From positions 1 to 64,000 of IMG/VR virus record IMGVR_UViG_3300031788_000002: DNA of 64,000 nucleotides; one strand, written 5' to 3'. The notes beneath the pieces are model-generated. The model did no database searches. It saw only the letters and a program-made list of their open reading frames with translations, and had not been told where the DNA came from. The stretch is from a virus. Shown here one piece after another: positions 47,142-56,588 of the stretch. Numbering within the stretch: the first letter of the stretch is position 1; each line of letters opens with the position of its first letter. The translations under genes and the position numbers were made by a program.

Positions 47142-47693
47142 ATGGCAATGACAGCGAAAGCAATTCTCGCTCTTCTCTTGGCGCTACCACGCTACAGCGC
47201 CGATACCGAGACCGCCGAGCAGCGCACCAAGCGCCTCGAAACCGTGGCGACGTCCATCAACGTGGTCAGCGAAAGCGCCACGTGTTCCGGGCGCTACGAG
47301 GGAAAGGAAGGGTGCAAGCGCTTCTGGCCCTTGAGTGCCAAGGCGCTTCAGCGCTTGCTCATCACGGAGGGTTTTTTCGAAACGGGGTTTGCTCAGCGCG
47401 TGCACGAGGGGCATTGCTTGAAGCATGAGTGCGACGGGGGGCGCGCTCGAGGCCCTTGGCAGCTCCAGCGCAACGGCCTCATGCCCATCGAAGCCTGGGA
47501 GAAGATGACGGATGCCGGCGAAGAGAGTACGCGCGTGGGCGCCTTCTACGCCGCACGTAAGCTCGCTCAGGATTTCAACGCGTGCCAAAGCATGGAAGGT
47601 GCCATCGCGCGGTACGCTACAGGGAGCTCCTGTACTTGGTCAGGCGCCCCCGCACGCGTGCGCTTTTTTGAGCGCTTGATGGCTAAGGACTAG
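47142..47693 (+). CDS. Lytic transglycosylase-like (lysozyme fold) protein with N-terminal hydrophobic signal
   Basis: ETGF catalytic-like motif, DGGRARGPWQL, IARYA. Confidence 0.65.
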   Translation: MAMTAKAILALLLALPRYSADTETAEQRTKRLETVATSINVVSESATCSGRYEGKEGCKRFWPLSAKALQRLLITEGFFETGFAQRVHEGHCLKHECDGGRARGPWQLQRNGLMPIEAWEKMTDAGEESTRVGAFYAARKLAQDFNACQSMEGAIARYATGSSCTWSGAPARVRFFERLMAKD

Positions 47694-47698
47694 CCTGA

Positions 47699-48052
47699 TT
47701 ACTCCGTGGAACGCAAGCGTTCATCCCAACAGCAAGCGTCTCCAACCCAGGCTTTTTGATGCCGGTGAGCAGTTTCTTTCGGAACGAGCGCGCGGCAGAA
47801 TCGGCAGCGTACGCGCTTGTGTACCGTAGGCGCATGACCGCACTGCGCATGCAATTCCCGTAAGCGAGTGCGAATGTTGCCTTCTTCTCGTTGCAGCGCC
47901 ACGCCATCATCAGCATCTTTTGCTTGTACATAGCGGTCGATGTCTCCCGCTAGGTAGATGAGCGTGGTGAGCAGGTCCTGAAGATCGCGATCCGCTCTGT
48001 TCTTGTAATTGAAGAGCGCATCTGGCAGACGCGCGTCAATGGACGAAGTCAT
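47699..48052 (-). CDS. Hypothetical protein
   Basis: C-terminal CRFC...AH.HQ..WVG..CCWDERL. Confidence 0.6.
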   Translation of the reverse strand: MTSSIDARLPDALFNYKNRADRDLQDLLTTLIYLAGDIDRYVQAKDADDGVALQREEGNIRTRLRELHAQCGHAPTVHKRVRCRFCRALVPKETAHRHQKAWVGDACCWDERLRSTE

Positions 48053-48558
48053 GTGGGTACTCGGCGGCGCCCCGGAGGTATGGGCATCGTGGGGTTGGTT
48101 TCGCTGGGCGCGTGGGTCGCGCACAAATCACGGTTCGGGCCCGCCGGGCGGGCACAGCGTAAACACATGGGCCGGTCACAGGTTGTACCGGGGGTTTTAC
48201 CCGGCCCATCGCAGAGCTTGGTGCTAGAGGCTTGGCAGCGGTAGCAGGGCGCCTTCTTGCGGCCACAGATGAAGGTCGCAAGGGGTTCCGCCGTGGGGGG
48301 TCCTGCGGGCGGTGGAGCAGGATATTCGGACGTGCCCAGCAAAAAGTCGAGGGACGCCCCAAGGGCTTTGGCGAGACGGCGCGCGAAGTGAAACGAGGGC
48401 TCCACCTGACCCTTCTCAACCTTTTCGAGGTAAGTGGCGGTAATGGGCGTGATGCCCGTATTACGCATATTTTGGGCAAGGAGGGTCTGTGTCCATCCTT
48501 TTTCCTCGCGGATCGCTTTGACGCGAAGCCCGAAAGAGGGCTGCATCGCTTTGACCAT
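48049..48558 (-). CDS. XRE-family HTH regulator fused to a Cys-rich Zn-binding domain
   Basis: FGLRVKAIREEKGWTQTLLA...VEKGQVEPS...LAKALGASLDFLL; C..C...LCD...CD.PMC..C...DLC..H. Confidence 0.85.
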   Translation of the reverse strand: MVKAMQPSFGLRVKAIREEKGWTQTLLAQNMRNTGITPITATYLEKVEKGQVEPSFHFARRLAKALGASLDFLLGTSEYPAPPPAGPPTAEPLATFICGRKKAPCYRCQASSTKLCDGPGKTPGTTCDRPMCLRCARPAGPNRDLCATHAPSETNPTMPIPPGRRRVPT

Positions 48559-48607
48559 TATGCTTCTCCAGCGTTAAAAGGCGACCCGTGAAGGCCGCCT
48601 GTAAAGG

Positions 48608-49075
48608 TCACGCTTTAGGCGGACCGTCGTCGGGTACGCGCGTGTTGACCCCGTATAGGGCCTCTTGCGCCCGTGCTTCCAGCCCAGGAATGGCAATCAG
48701 CCGGGCATCATACAAGGCCGCCGCAAGGCGAAGAAAGACCAACATGCGTGGGTCGGGGGCGTCGTCGCAGGAGCGCACGGTGTTGATCAGTTGGATCGCC
48801 GCATCCACATAGCTGTCCGCGAAAAGACGGGGCAGGGTGTGAAGAAGGATGCCGTGCAGCTCGGCTTTGTCGTCCTCCGAAATTTCGTCCTCGAAGTCAT
48901 CCACAGCATGGATGATTTCGTTGAGGTGCTGCGCGGTGGTCTCCCGCAGTTGGTGGAACAGGTCCATCTGCGCCTTGTTCAAACACGCCAGATGAAAAGC
49001 CATCAAGACTTTCAGGTCGTGGTCTTTCAAGTCTTTGAGCAACTTCTGCTTCAGATCGTCTTCACTGATGGTCAT
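48608..49075 (-). CDS. Hypothetical helical protein
   Basis: MTISEDDLK; follows the ligase. Confidence 0.6.
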   Translation of the reverse strand: MTISEDDLKQKLLKDLKDHDLKVLMAFHLACLNKAQMDLFHQLRETTAQHLNEIIHAVDDFEDEISEDDKAELHGILLHTLPRLFADSYVDAAIQLINTVRSCDDAPDPRMLVFLRLAAALYDARLIAIPGLEARAQEALYGVNTRVPDDGPPKA

Positions 49076-49121
49076 GGTTTCTCTTTGAGTAAGCGGCGCG
49101 CTGAAGCGCGCCGTGCAGGTT

Positions 49122-50228
49122 TCAGGTTCCGGGTTCACGAATGTCGCCGCCGGTAGCGCAGCAGGGTTTTCCGTCTTCTGTCCAGCCGGTATACCGAACA
49201 GTGAGCTGTTTTCCGATGAGTGCGGGTGCTTCGATGAGCATCCGCCGACGTTTATCCGCGGTCCCTCGTGGAACCACTTCGAAGGGCGCTCCGTTCTTGG
49301 TCTTACAGGTGAAGACCGGCATATCGAGAAACTTGCCCTTGCCGACCGTGTAGCCAACGATCGGAAACTCTGCATCCTCGAAGGCTTTGAACTTGAGCAG
49401 ATCCGGGCTTCGAAAACCGTACCGGTAGGTGCCCTCATTCAAGCGCACGATGCCACCTTCGTAGCCCTCGGCCACAAGCCGATCATGGTGGGCCTGGACG
49501 TCGTTCGGTGAATGGACAGTCCATGTCGGAACACATTTGATGGGGCCGTCCGTATGGGTTTCGAGAAAGGCCGAGAGCCAGACGCAGCGCGTTGACCACG
49601 GCACACTGCTATCGGGGGGCCACGTGGCATCGTAGGCATGGTACTCAATCAGTACCGACTCCGGTTGGGGCTTGCGCACCAACGAGTTAATGCGCTCGAG
49701 GCTCATGCCGTGCGTGTACAGCTCGCCGTCAAGCGTCGTGTGCACAGGTAAAAACGTGCTTAGGGCGTTTGCAATGTGGACCACGCTGTAGGGATCGCCG
49801 CCTCTGGATTGAAGGCGTACGCTGCCGTTGCTCCAATAAGAAAGGCAGCGCAACCCGTTGTACTTGGGCTGCATCGTCGCCGGCCATACGATCCTCTTAA
49901 CGCGATCCTTGAAGTTCAGCGCCAACATAGGCTTGAGCAGGAAGCTCAGCTCCCGCGTCTGGTTGTACTTCTTTTTGCACTGCTTCTTCCACTTCGCGAT
50001 GGCTTCAAACCGTGCTTGTTCCTCCGCCGTCGTGGCGTTGACGCGTCCCACATTCTTGGGAACGCAGCGAAAGCGCGCTTCTTGCTGTTGCCCCTCCTCT
50101 AAACCCCAGCGTACGCAGACATCCGGACCTTCGACCCAGCACAGCCACGTGTTGGTCGTTCCCGTCGCCGTCTTTGCGTAAAGGAGGGGAAGGGGGCTGT
50201 TCCCCTTCCAATTATCAATGTCGTCCAT
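49122..50228 (-). CDS. ATP-dependent DNA ligase with N-terminal WGR-like domain
   Basis: Motif I QPKYNGLR, III LDGELY, IIIa YHAYD, IV EGGIVR, V LLKFK; OB-fold GKQLTVRY. Confidence 0.92.
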   Translation of the reverse strand: MDDIDNWKGNSPLPLLYAKTATGTTNTWLCWVEGPDVCVRWGLEEGQQQEARFRCVPKNVGRVNATTAEEQARFEAIAKWKKQCKKKYNQTRELSFLLKPMLALNFKDRVKRIVWPATMQPKYNGLRCLSYWSNGSVRLQSRGGDPYSVVHIANALSTFLPVHTTLDGELYTHGMSLERINSLVRKPQPESVLIEYHAYDATWPPDSSVPWSTRCVWLSAFLETHTDGPIKCVPTWTVHSPNDVQAHHDRLVAEGYEGGIVRLNEGTYRYGFRSPDLLKFKAFEDAEFPIVGYTVGKGKFLDMPVFTCKTKNGAPFEVVPRGTADKRRRMLIEAPALIGKQLTVRYTGWTEDGKPCCATGGDIREPGT

Positions 50229-50336
50229 CGTAAGTCTCCGTAATAGTTATGCCAAAAAGTATCTGATGTTTCACGTGTTAGACGGCGCTCAGTACCGTTG
50301 TGCCCTAAATCCGTGCGATGTTGCTAGACTGAAGCC

Positions 50337-50678
50337 GTGGCCTCCGACAAGGACAAAAGCGAAGAACGCGCGCAGCAAACAGCGCAGATGAAAATGCGCT
50401 CGGCGATCAACGATGCCTACGCCGCGCTTCAAGGAGATGCGGCCACACAATCCTTCGTGGCATTTACTTTTGAAGAAGCCGTGGACAGCCAGATCGAACG
50501 CATTTCGGGAACCAGTACGCGCTTGCGGCCCAATGAGCTGGATCGCGTGACCGCGATTCAGAACAATTTAACCCAAGCCATTCAAGTCATTAAGCAGTCG
50601 CCCCCGTCGGCCTTCATGGCCCCCGATCCGACGCGGGACGTCAATACACCCGTTACCCCTACAGGGAGTGGATCATGA
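50337..50678 (+). CDS. Hypothetical (probable virion) protein
   Basis: TGCTAGACT 6 nt before GTG. Confidence 0.6.
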   Translation: MASDKDKSEERAQQTAQMKMRSAINDAYAALQGDAATQSFVAFTFEEAVDSQIERISGTSTRLRPNELDRVTAIQNNLTQAIQVIKQSPPSAFMAPDPTRDVNTPVTPTGSGS

Positions 50679-51274
50679 GAGCAGTGACGGCAGCAGTAGG
50701 TTCTCGTGGAATTGATGCGTTGACCCTTGTGAACACACCCGCCGTGGCCGCTGGGTTGAAGAAAAGCGGTGTTGATTTTGTTGGGCAGTACCTTGGCCGG
50801 GTTACGCCGGCGAGCGTCGCTTGCCTCTTGGAAGCCGGCTTGGCCTTTACACCGATTACTTACGCCGACATCTTCGATCCCAATGACGGGCTTGAGGTAC
50901 TGAAGCTCCTCGGTGCTCCTTCAGGATGCACGGTTTGGCTCGACGTGGAATCGGTAACGACGCTGACGGTCGCTGAATTGCAACAGAAGATCAATGCCTG
51001 GGCGAGTGCCTTGGCAGGCGCGGGGTATCAACCCGGCGTGTACGTGGGCTGCTTGAGCTTGTTGACGAGCGCGGAGCTCTACGCACTCAAGGTGGTGCGC
51101 TACTGGAAGTCGCAGAGCTGCGTACGGGATCGCTTTAACAATCTGGTCGAGCCTACATGCGGTTGGTGCATGTACCAGCTTTACCCCAGCGTTAGCTGGG
51201 CAGGGGTCTGGTCGGACGTCAACTTCGTGCAGCAAGACCATAAGGGGCGCTTGCCTGTCTTGGTGCAGGCGTAG
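50675..51274 (+). CDS. GH25-like / DUF1906 glycoside hydrolase (putative endolysin)
   Basis: GID, FVGQYL, TVWLDVE, AGYQPGVY, MYQ, DVN. Confidence 0.8.
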   Translation: MRAVTAAVGSRGIDALTLVNTPAVAAGLKKSGVDFVGQYLGRVTPASVACLLEAGLAFTPITYADIFDPNDGLEVLKLLGAPSGCTVWLDVESVTTLTVAELQQKINAWASALAGAGYQPGVYVGCLSLLTSAELYALKVVRYWKSQSCVRDRFNNLVEPTCGWCMYQLYPSVSWAGVWSDVNFVQQDHKGRLPVLVQA

Positions 51275-51280
51275 CTTTTC

Positions 51281-51309
51281 TTGACAAGGGATCGAACTTG
51301 TTTTAGCCT
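51281..51309 (+). promoter_or_regulatory. Host sigma70 promoter TTGACA-N17-TAGCCT
   Basis: Perfect -35, 17-nt spacer, TAnnnT -10. Confidence 0.75.
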
Positions 51310-51314
51310 TCCCA

Positions 51315-51394
51315 CTCCTTCGTTGGTTCGGGTGATTCGTCGCGTGTGTGCTCTTCGAAGACCCGCTGGTTAGCTCCGGCGGGTCTTCGTCTTT
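51315..51394 (+). ncRNA. Putative ~80-nt small RNA
   Basis: Own promoter and terminator, no ORF, 5' CUCCUU. Confidence 0.55.
51356..51394 (+). terminator. Rho-independent terminator
   Basis: CGAAGACCCGCTGG-ttagct-CCGGCGGGTCTTCG followed by TCTTT. Confidence 0.8.
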
Positions 51395-51412
51395 GTGGTG
51401 TAGAATCACGCG

Positions 51413-52072
51413 GTGGCTCTCGACCTACAGATCATCCAACCGCAAAACGCGATTCCCGTTAGTCGCACCACGCTGGTGACCATCGGAGGGCTGCGCGCGC
51501 TGGATGTTTTGGGTTCGGACTTTCGCAGTGTTGATACGGTGTACATCAACGACGTGGAGAGCCCCGATGTCATCGTGGTCAGCGCAACGCGTCTCCTCGC
51601 GCAGTTGCCAAGCAGCTTGCAGAGCTTCCCCGACGTTCAAAGCGTTCAGGTACTGAGCCGCCAGCTGACCCTGTCGAAAAGCAGCGTCCTACGCTTTATC
51701 ATCGGAGATACCCCCGGTACGGTGTTTGGTATTCTTCGGTTGCTTCAGCTCTTCGTGAAAGTGCTTCTGAGTGAACCCGGCAGCGACATATTCAACAAGA
51801 CGTTGGGGGGTGCGCTCCTTCGTTCTGTAGGCACTACCTTTGGCAGCGAAGAGGGCGACAACATTCGAACCAATGCGCTGATCGCGGTAGACCGAACCTC
51901 GCGACAGATCATTTCAATTCAAAGCCGCAATGGTACGCTGCCCCGCGACGAGCGCTTGCTCAGTGCAAAGCTGATGGGCGCCACGTTTTCTCGAGCAAGC
52001 ACGTCCATGTTTCTCAGCATTGAAGTCATGTCCCAGACCGGTGTACCGGCACGAATGAACATGGAGCTATGA
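51413..52072 (+). CDS. Baseplate wedge gp25-like protein with N-terminal IPT/TIG-like domain
   Basis: GILRLLQLFVKVLLSEPGSDIF....GG...ERL; directly precedes the baseplate J-like gene. Confidence 0.65.
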   Translation: MALDLQIIQPQNAIPVSRTTLVTIGGLRALDVLGSDFRSVDTVYINDVESPDVIVVSATRLLAQLPSSLQSFPDVQSVQVLSRQLTLSKSSVLRFIIGDTPGTVFGILRLLQLFVKVLLSEPGSDIFNKTLGGALLRSVGTTFGSEEGDNIRTNALIAVDRTSRQIISIQSRNGTLPRDERLLSAKLMGATFSRASTSMFLSIEVMSQTGVPARMNMEL

Positions 52073-55000
52073 ATGGCCCTGCGCGATTATGAGGCGTTTA
52101 TCCGGCAGTGTGTTGCGGCGTTCGACCCGAACCTCGACACGACTCCCGGCTCGCCGTTCGACAACAAGGTCATTCAGCCCCTCGAGCGCCGTTTAGGCCC
52201 CGATCCCTTTTCGGTGGACTTGATGACCTTTGTCATCGAGCGCTTGCGTCAAGCGTACCCGCAAATGGCCACGGGGGAAGCGGACACTCTGACGGATCTC
52301 TTGGTCAAACCCGTGACCCTGCTCTGGGATCCACTGGTCCGCGAGAACACGCGCGTGCGTCGCAATTTATCGTTTGCGGATCCCAGCACGCTAACTGCTG
52401 AAGAGGCCGATAGCTTGGGCGGCAACTTTTTTGTGCCGCGGCAGCTCGGCAAGTTCTCTCAGGGGACAGGGCGCGTTTACTTCGCAACCCCACAGCAGAT
52501 TACGGTGACCCAAAACAACTTCGTCACGGCACTGGGAGGGCTCATTTTTGTGCCCACGTCGGTGCAGAGCATTCGCAGCGAAGAGATGCTCCTAAACATC
52601 GATACGAACGGTCTTTACTACATCGACATTTCCTTGATCGCGAGCGCCCCGGGAAGCGCGTACGACATCACTCCCAACACGCTGTCGTCCATCGCCAACA
52701 TCCCGTCGGCGGTGCAGATCACCAACCTGGCGCGCTTTCAAGGAGGGGATGACGAAGAGTCCCCCGTGGATTATGCCGGGCGGCTTCAGCAGGGGTTGGG
52801 GGAAAAGAGCTTGGTTACCCTGCGCGGCGCCGCGGCCAAGCTGCTGGAAGCCTTCCCCGCGATCAACCGGTTGAACTTGGTGGGGGCGGGGGACCCGGAG
52901 ATGCAGCGCGACGTGCTCACCGGTGGCGGGCTAGGGCCCATCGTGGCTTCGGGGACCGGGGGCGTGGCCATCAGCGATGGGGGCGATGGGGCATTTACGC
53001 GACGCTTCTTCACCAACGAAGTGAACTTCGACGACGTCGTCGGGTCCGAGACCGATTTTGTGCTGACCGTCTTCGGGGCTGTGTCCGGGGTGGCCGCCGC
53101 TGTCGACATTGCAGTGCAGCGCGTCGTCGATCAAAACAGCGTCGATCTCGTAAGTCCTCTTTTGGTGCTGACGACGTCGGGCATCGCATGGATGCTGCGT
53201 CAGACGCAATTGACGCTAAGCACCATCCCCGGGGGAATTCTCTTTCCCAACACGCCCAACGGGGAACTGGTGGTCCCGAGCGGAACCATTCACATAGGGG
53301 GCGCTTTTGACTCTTACGTGCGCGGCAATGACTTTGATACAGCCACGTTGGCCCTCGCCAATGTGGCGGCAGACACCCCGTTGATTTCGGGTGTGCACGC
53401 GCTCGTTACGGACAACACGGGGGGCGGCGTAACGAACACGTCCTTGGTTACGCTGGCGGATTTGCTGCTTGGAGGGAACTACCAAGCGGGAGACAGCACG
53501 GACACCGTGCTCGCCACCGCCGAGTACGAGGGGTACGCCTTTCAGCTCGAGAACGGACCCAACACGGGAACGTATCGCATTCTTGAGTACTTTCCGGCCA
53601 GTGCCCCGGGGGGAAATCCAGCCCTTCGTGTAGCGGGTGCTTTGGCGGTCAGCACCCTTGTACCGGCGCGCTGGCGGCTTTTCAGTGACATCGACGTCAA
53701 CTTGATTGAACCGAAGCAAACCCATGTGAGCGGGCAGGATTTGGTGGCGACGCAAGGCAGCGCGCTTGTTACTACCGAAGGGGACATCAGCTTTACAGAT
53801 TTTGGCGTCAGTAAAGGCGATACGCTTCGAATCCTTGATGGCCCCAATGCGGGGGATTACACCATCATCGCTAACCCCCTGGTGCCGGATTACGATTACA
53901 TCCAGGTGGACCGGGCGCTTGCTTTCTCGAGTACGGATACAAGTTACACGGTATTCACGCCGAATAGCGGAAGCCTGACGCTGCCACTGGTGCGCATTAC
54001 GAGCGTTGAATTGTTGGACTCCAGCGCGCAGCCGCTTGGTAGCTTTATTCCCTACGCAAAGCCTATCGACATTCAAAGCCGGTCCTTTCAAAATGCTGGG
54101 CAGGGCGTTAAGCACGATCTACGCAACGTTCGTGTAGGGCTCGTCAGCCTTCAGGCGGATCCCACATCGCTGAGCTTTGTCATTGGCGTGGGCGCTACCA
54201 CGTTGACATTTTACTTCCCCACGTTGGCGTACCCTGCGGTTACGGTGACCTTAACCCCGGGCGCGGTTCTTTTAACTGATCTCATCGACCAGCTCAACGA
54301 ACTGCTTTTGGTAGGAACTGGGGGTATTTATGCTGAAGTCATCGTTCAGGTAAACACACGTCAGTTTGGCGTGCGCCCGGTGGGTGACGGCTTCGTAGCC
54401 CTCATCGGGGGTACTGCGCGCACCACCTTATTTGGCTACGCCGATTTGCGCACAACCGCGGATATCCGTACCGACGAAGGCGACACCGTCGACAATTGGT
54501 GGGGTACTCTAAACCCCGCCATCGACCCCATTACAGGGCTGGACGTGGTGCAGATCATCGATGGGCGCAATAGCGGGTTCTACGCGGGTCCTTTCCTTTT
54601 GCAGGCGCAGGACACGACCGACTTTCCCCAGGCCGCAGCCTCCCGTGCTCTGCTCATTGGAAGCTCCCTCGACGCGTTGAGTAATGGGGGCGTCTGCTTT
54701 GCTCCTGATGCCCAGCGCCATGTCATTCTGGGTTCGCGGTCCCTTGGCAGCGCGCGCGTTTACTTCTTGGAACCCACGACGTTCGAGGTCAACGCCAACA
54801 CCGTCTTTACCTACGACGCGGGCGCGACAGGTTTCATTCAGTTCATCCCGGACCCCACGCTGAACCAACAGCAGATTCCGCCTCTACCAAACGGTGTAAC
54901 GCCCACCGATGGGGTGGCTACTGCGGCGGGTACTTCGTTCAGTTCCGCGAGCCAGGACTTTCTTCTTTCGGGCATTAACATTGGGGATCAGCTCTTCATC

Positions 55001-56200
55001 GACAACATTCCCCTGGCTGGTACGGTTGCACTGACCAATCCCGTTGTAGGGGCTGCTGGAACAACGCTGATTTACAGCATTCAAGACAGCCCGGATCGCC
55101 AGCTCGTGTTGGTGCGTGATGACCCAACGATTCCCGCCAATGCCGTTACAATGACGGGCATCATCAACCAGATCAACGCATCCATCGGATTGACAGTGGC
55201 GTCGTACAACGCCAGCAATCAGCTGACGTTCAGCACAAGTCTTCCCTTTGTTATTCGAGCGCAGGGAACAGCAAACCCCATTCTGCTAGGGGATATTCTG
55301 GGGTATGCGGGGCCTCGTGCGTTCAGCGATGAAGACACCAGTAATGCGTCGCCGTACAGTTTGGAGGATGGGTACACCGTCACGGATGTGGGCACGACAA
55401 CGTTAGGGGTAATGCCAGTCTTCACGTCCAGCGACCCCAACTGGCCCGCTACAATGACGAATCAAACCTTTCGCGTACTGCGCAAAGGGGTGCAGCGGGT
55501 ATCCACCACGCAAATGGCTGTGCAGATAGCGGAGGCGGGGCTTTACTACGTGGATGTGCAGCTCGTTAGCATGGGCGCCGGAGACTTCTGGAACATCACC
55601 GACAGTAACCAGATGACGGCCATGGGGTACAAATCCGACGGGTATTACTTAACGACCGCCGATTCCAATTTGACGTTCAGCCTTGTCGAGCGGCCTACCT
55701 TGATCGTGTCCCGAACCATCCTCGAGCAGGGGGTGGATGATGATCCGCGAAACGCGACACAGGTTTCTGGGCAGAACCTTCAGATTGCGTACGATCGCTC
55801 AGACCTCGTGGGATCCGTTCAAGCGTTTGAGATGAGTGAAACGGAGCGGGTTGTTTGTGCGAGCCCCCTAAGCCGCCACCTGATCCCTCATTTCGTGCGC
55901 TTCGACATGACGTACTACGGGGGTAGCGACGAAAGCGTCGTTCTGGCGGATGTGCAGACGTACATCAAGAACATTTACCCAACGGATGGGCTGGACGCGT
56001 CCGAAGTTCAACAGTTGGCGGGTAATCGGGGAGCGACCAAGGTCACGAACCCACTGACCCTCCTCGCAGTGGTTCACTACGAAGACCGCTCCGTTTACAT
56101 TCAGCGGTCCCAGGATTCTCTGGGTGTCAGCCGTCTAAATGCGTTCTTCCCTGATGTGCTCAACATCACGCGCAGTCTTTCGAGCACGAGTAACCTATAA
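52073..56200 (+). CDS. Baseplate J-like wedge protein (extended)
   Basis: SQGTGRVYF, A..PG..YDI....L, ITN...FQGGDDEES...Y..R motifs; 1375 aa. Confidence 0.75.
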   Translation: MALRDYEAFIRQCVAAFDPNLDTTPGSPFDNKVIQPLERRLGPDPFSVDLMTFVIERLRQAYPQMATGEADTLTDLLVKPVTLLWDPLVRENTRVRRNLSFADPSTLTAEEADSLGGNFFVPRQLGKFSQGTGRVYFATPQQITVTQNNFVTALGGLIFVPTSVQSIRSEEMLLNIDTNGLYYIDISLIASAPGSAYDITPNTLSSIANIPSAVQITNLARFQGGDDEESPVDYAGRLQQGLGEKSLVTLRGAAAKLLEAFPAINRLNLVGAGDPEMQRDVLTGGGLGPIVASGTGGVAISDGGDGAFTRRFFTNEVNFDDVVGSETDFVLTVFGAVSGVAAAVDIAVQRVVDQNSVDLVSPLLVLTTSGIAWMLRQTQLTLSTIPGGILFPNTPNGELVVPSGTIHIGGAFDSYVRGNDFDTATLALANVAADTPLISGVHALVTDNTGGGVTNTSLVTLADLLLGGNYQAGDSTDTVLATAEYEGYAFQLENGPNTGTYRILEYFPASAPGGNPALRVAGALAVSTLVPARWRLFSDIDVNLIEPKQTHVSGQDLVATQGSALVTTEGDISFTDFGVSKGDTLRILDGPNAGDYTIIANPLVPDYDYIQVDRALAFSSTDTSYTVFTPNSGSLTLPLVRITSVELLDSSAQPLGSFIPYAKPIDIQSRSFQNAGQGVKHDLRNVRVGLVSLQADPTSLSFVIGVGATTLTFYFPTLAYPAVTVTLTPGAVLLTDLIDQLNELLLVGTGGIYAEVIVQVNTRQFGVRPVGDGFVALIGGTARTTLFGYADLRTTADIRTDEGDTVDNWWGTLNPAIDPITGLDVVQIIDGRNSGFYAGPFLLQAQDTTDFPQAAASRALLIGSSLDALSNGGVCFAPDAQRHVILGSRSLGSARVYFLEPTTFEVNANTVFTYDAGATGFIQFIPDPTLNQQQIPPLPNGVTPTDGVATAAGTSFSSASQDFLLSGINIGDQLFIDNIPLAGTVALTNPVVGAAGTTLIYSIQDSPDRQLVLVRDDPTIPANAVTMTGIINQINASIGLTVASYNASNQLTFSTSLPFVIRAQGTANPILLGDILGYAGPRAFSDEDTSNASPYSLEDGYTVTDVGTTTLGVMPVFTSSDPNWPATMTNQTFRVLRKGVQRVSTTQMAVQIAEAGLYYVDVQLVSMGAGDFWNITDSNQMTAMGYKSDGYYLTTADSNLTFSLVERPTLIVSRTILEQGVDDDPRNATQVSGQNLQIAYDRSDLVGSVQAFEMSETERVVCASPLSRHLIPHFVRFDMTYYGGSDESVVLADVQTYIKNIYPTDGLDASEVQQLAGNRGATKVTNPLTLLAVVHYEDRSVYIQRSQDSLGVSRLNAFFPDVLNITRSLSSTSNL

Positions 56201-56202
56201 TG

Positions 56203-56571
56203 TCAACGGTGTACTCCGCTGACATCATCATCCAGGGGGATGGTGGGTACGAAGTGGCCTTCGTCGACGATCAATCCACTGCGTGGGTTCATCAAGAGCT
56301 TGCACGAAAGGCAGCGCAGAAGCGCTTGCGCCGTTGCGCAGTCTGGAAGCCATGTGGTGCCGGCACCCCGTGCACCACCGATAAATTCACGGATCATGTC
56401 GCTGCGGCAGCTCGGGCACACGAATTGGTTGTAGAAGGCGGCGTCTGCCTTGGCAGCCGGCGCAATTGCATCCGTGTATCCTTGAATGGCCTTGCGCGCG
56501 ACGTCCGGGTTCAGCGTTTGAACCGCGCCGCGGGCTTGCGCAAAGTCAGCCAGCGTTATGGTCTTCGACAT
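56203..56571 (-). CDS. Zn-ribbon protein (leaderless)
   Basis: CPSC...CLSC; TGCTACCCT 6 nt before ATG. Confidence 0.7.
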   Translation of the reverse strand: MSKTITLADFAQARGAVQTLNPDVARKAIQGYTDAIAPAAKADAAFYNQFVCPSCRSDMIREFIGGARGAGTTWLPDCATAQALLRCLSCKLLMNPRSGLIVDEGHFVPTIPLDDDVSGVHR

Positions 56572-56588
56572 CGAATGAGGGTAGCAGA

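Noticed and set aside
51310-51395. tRNA (contains GGTTCG)
   Set aside because: No cloverleaf, acceptor stem or CCA; the 3' half is a terminator.
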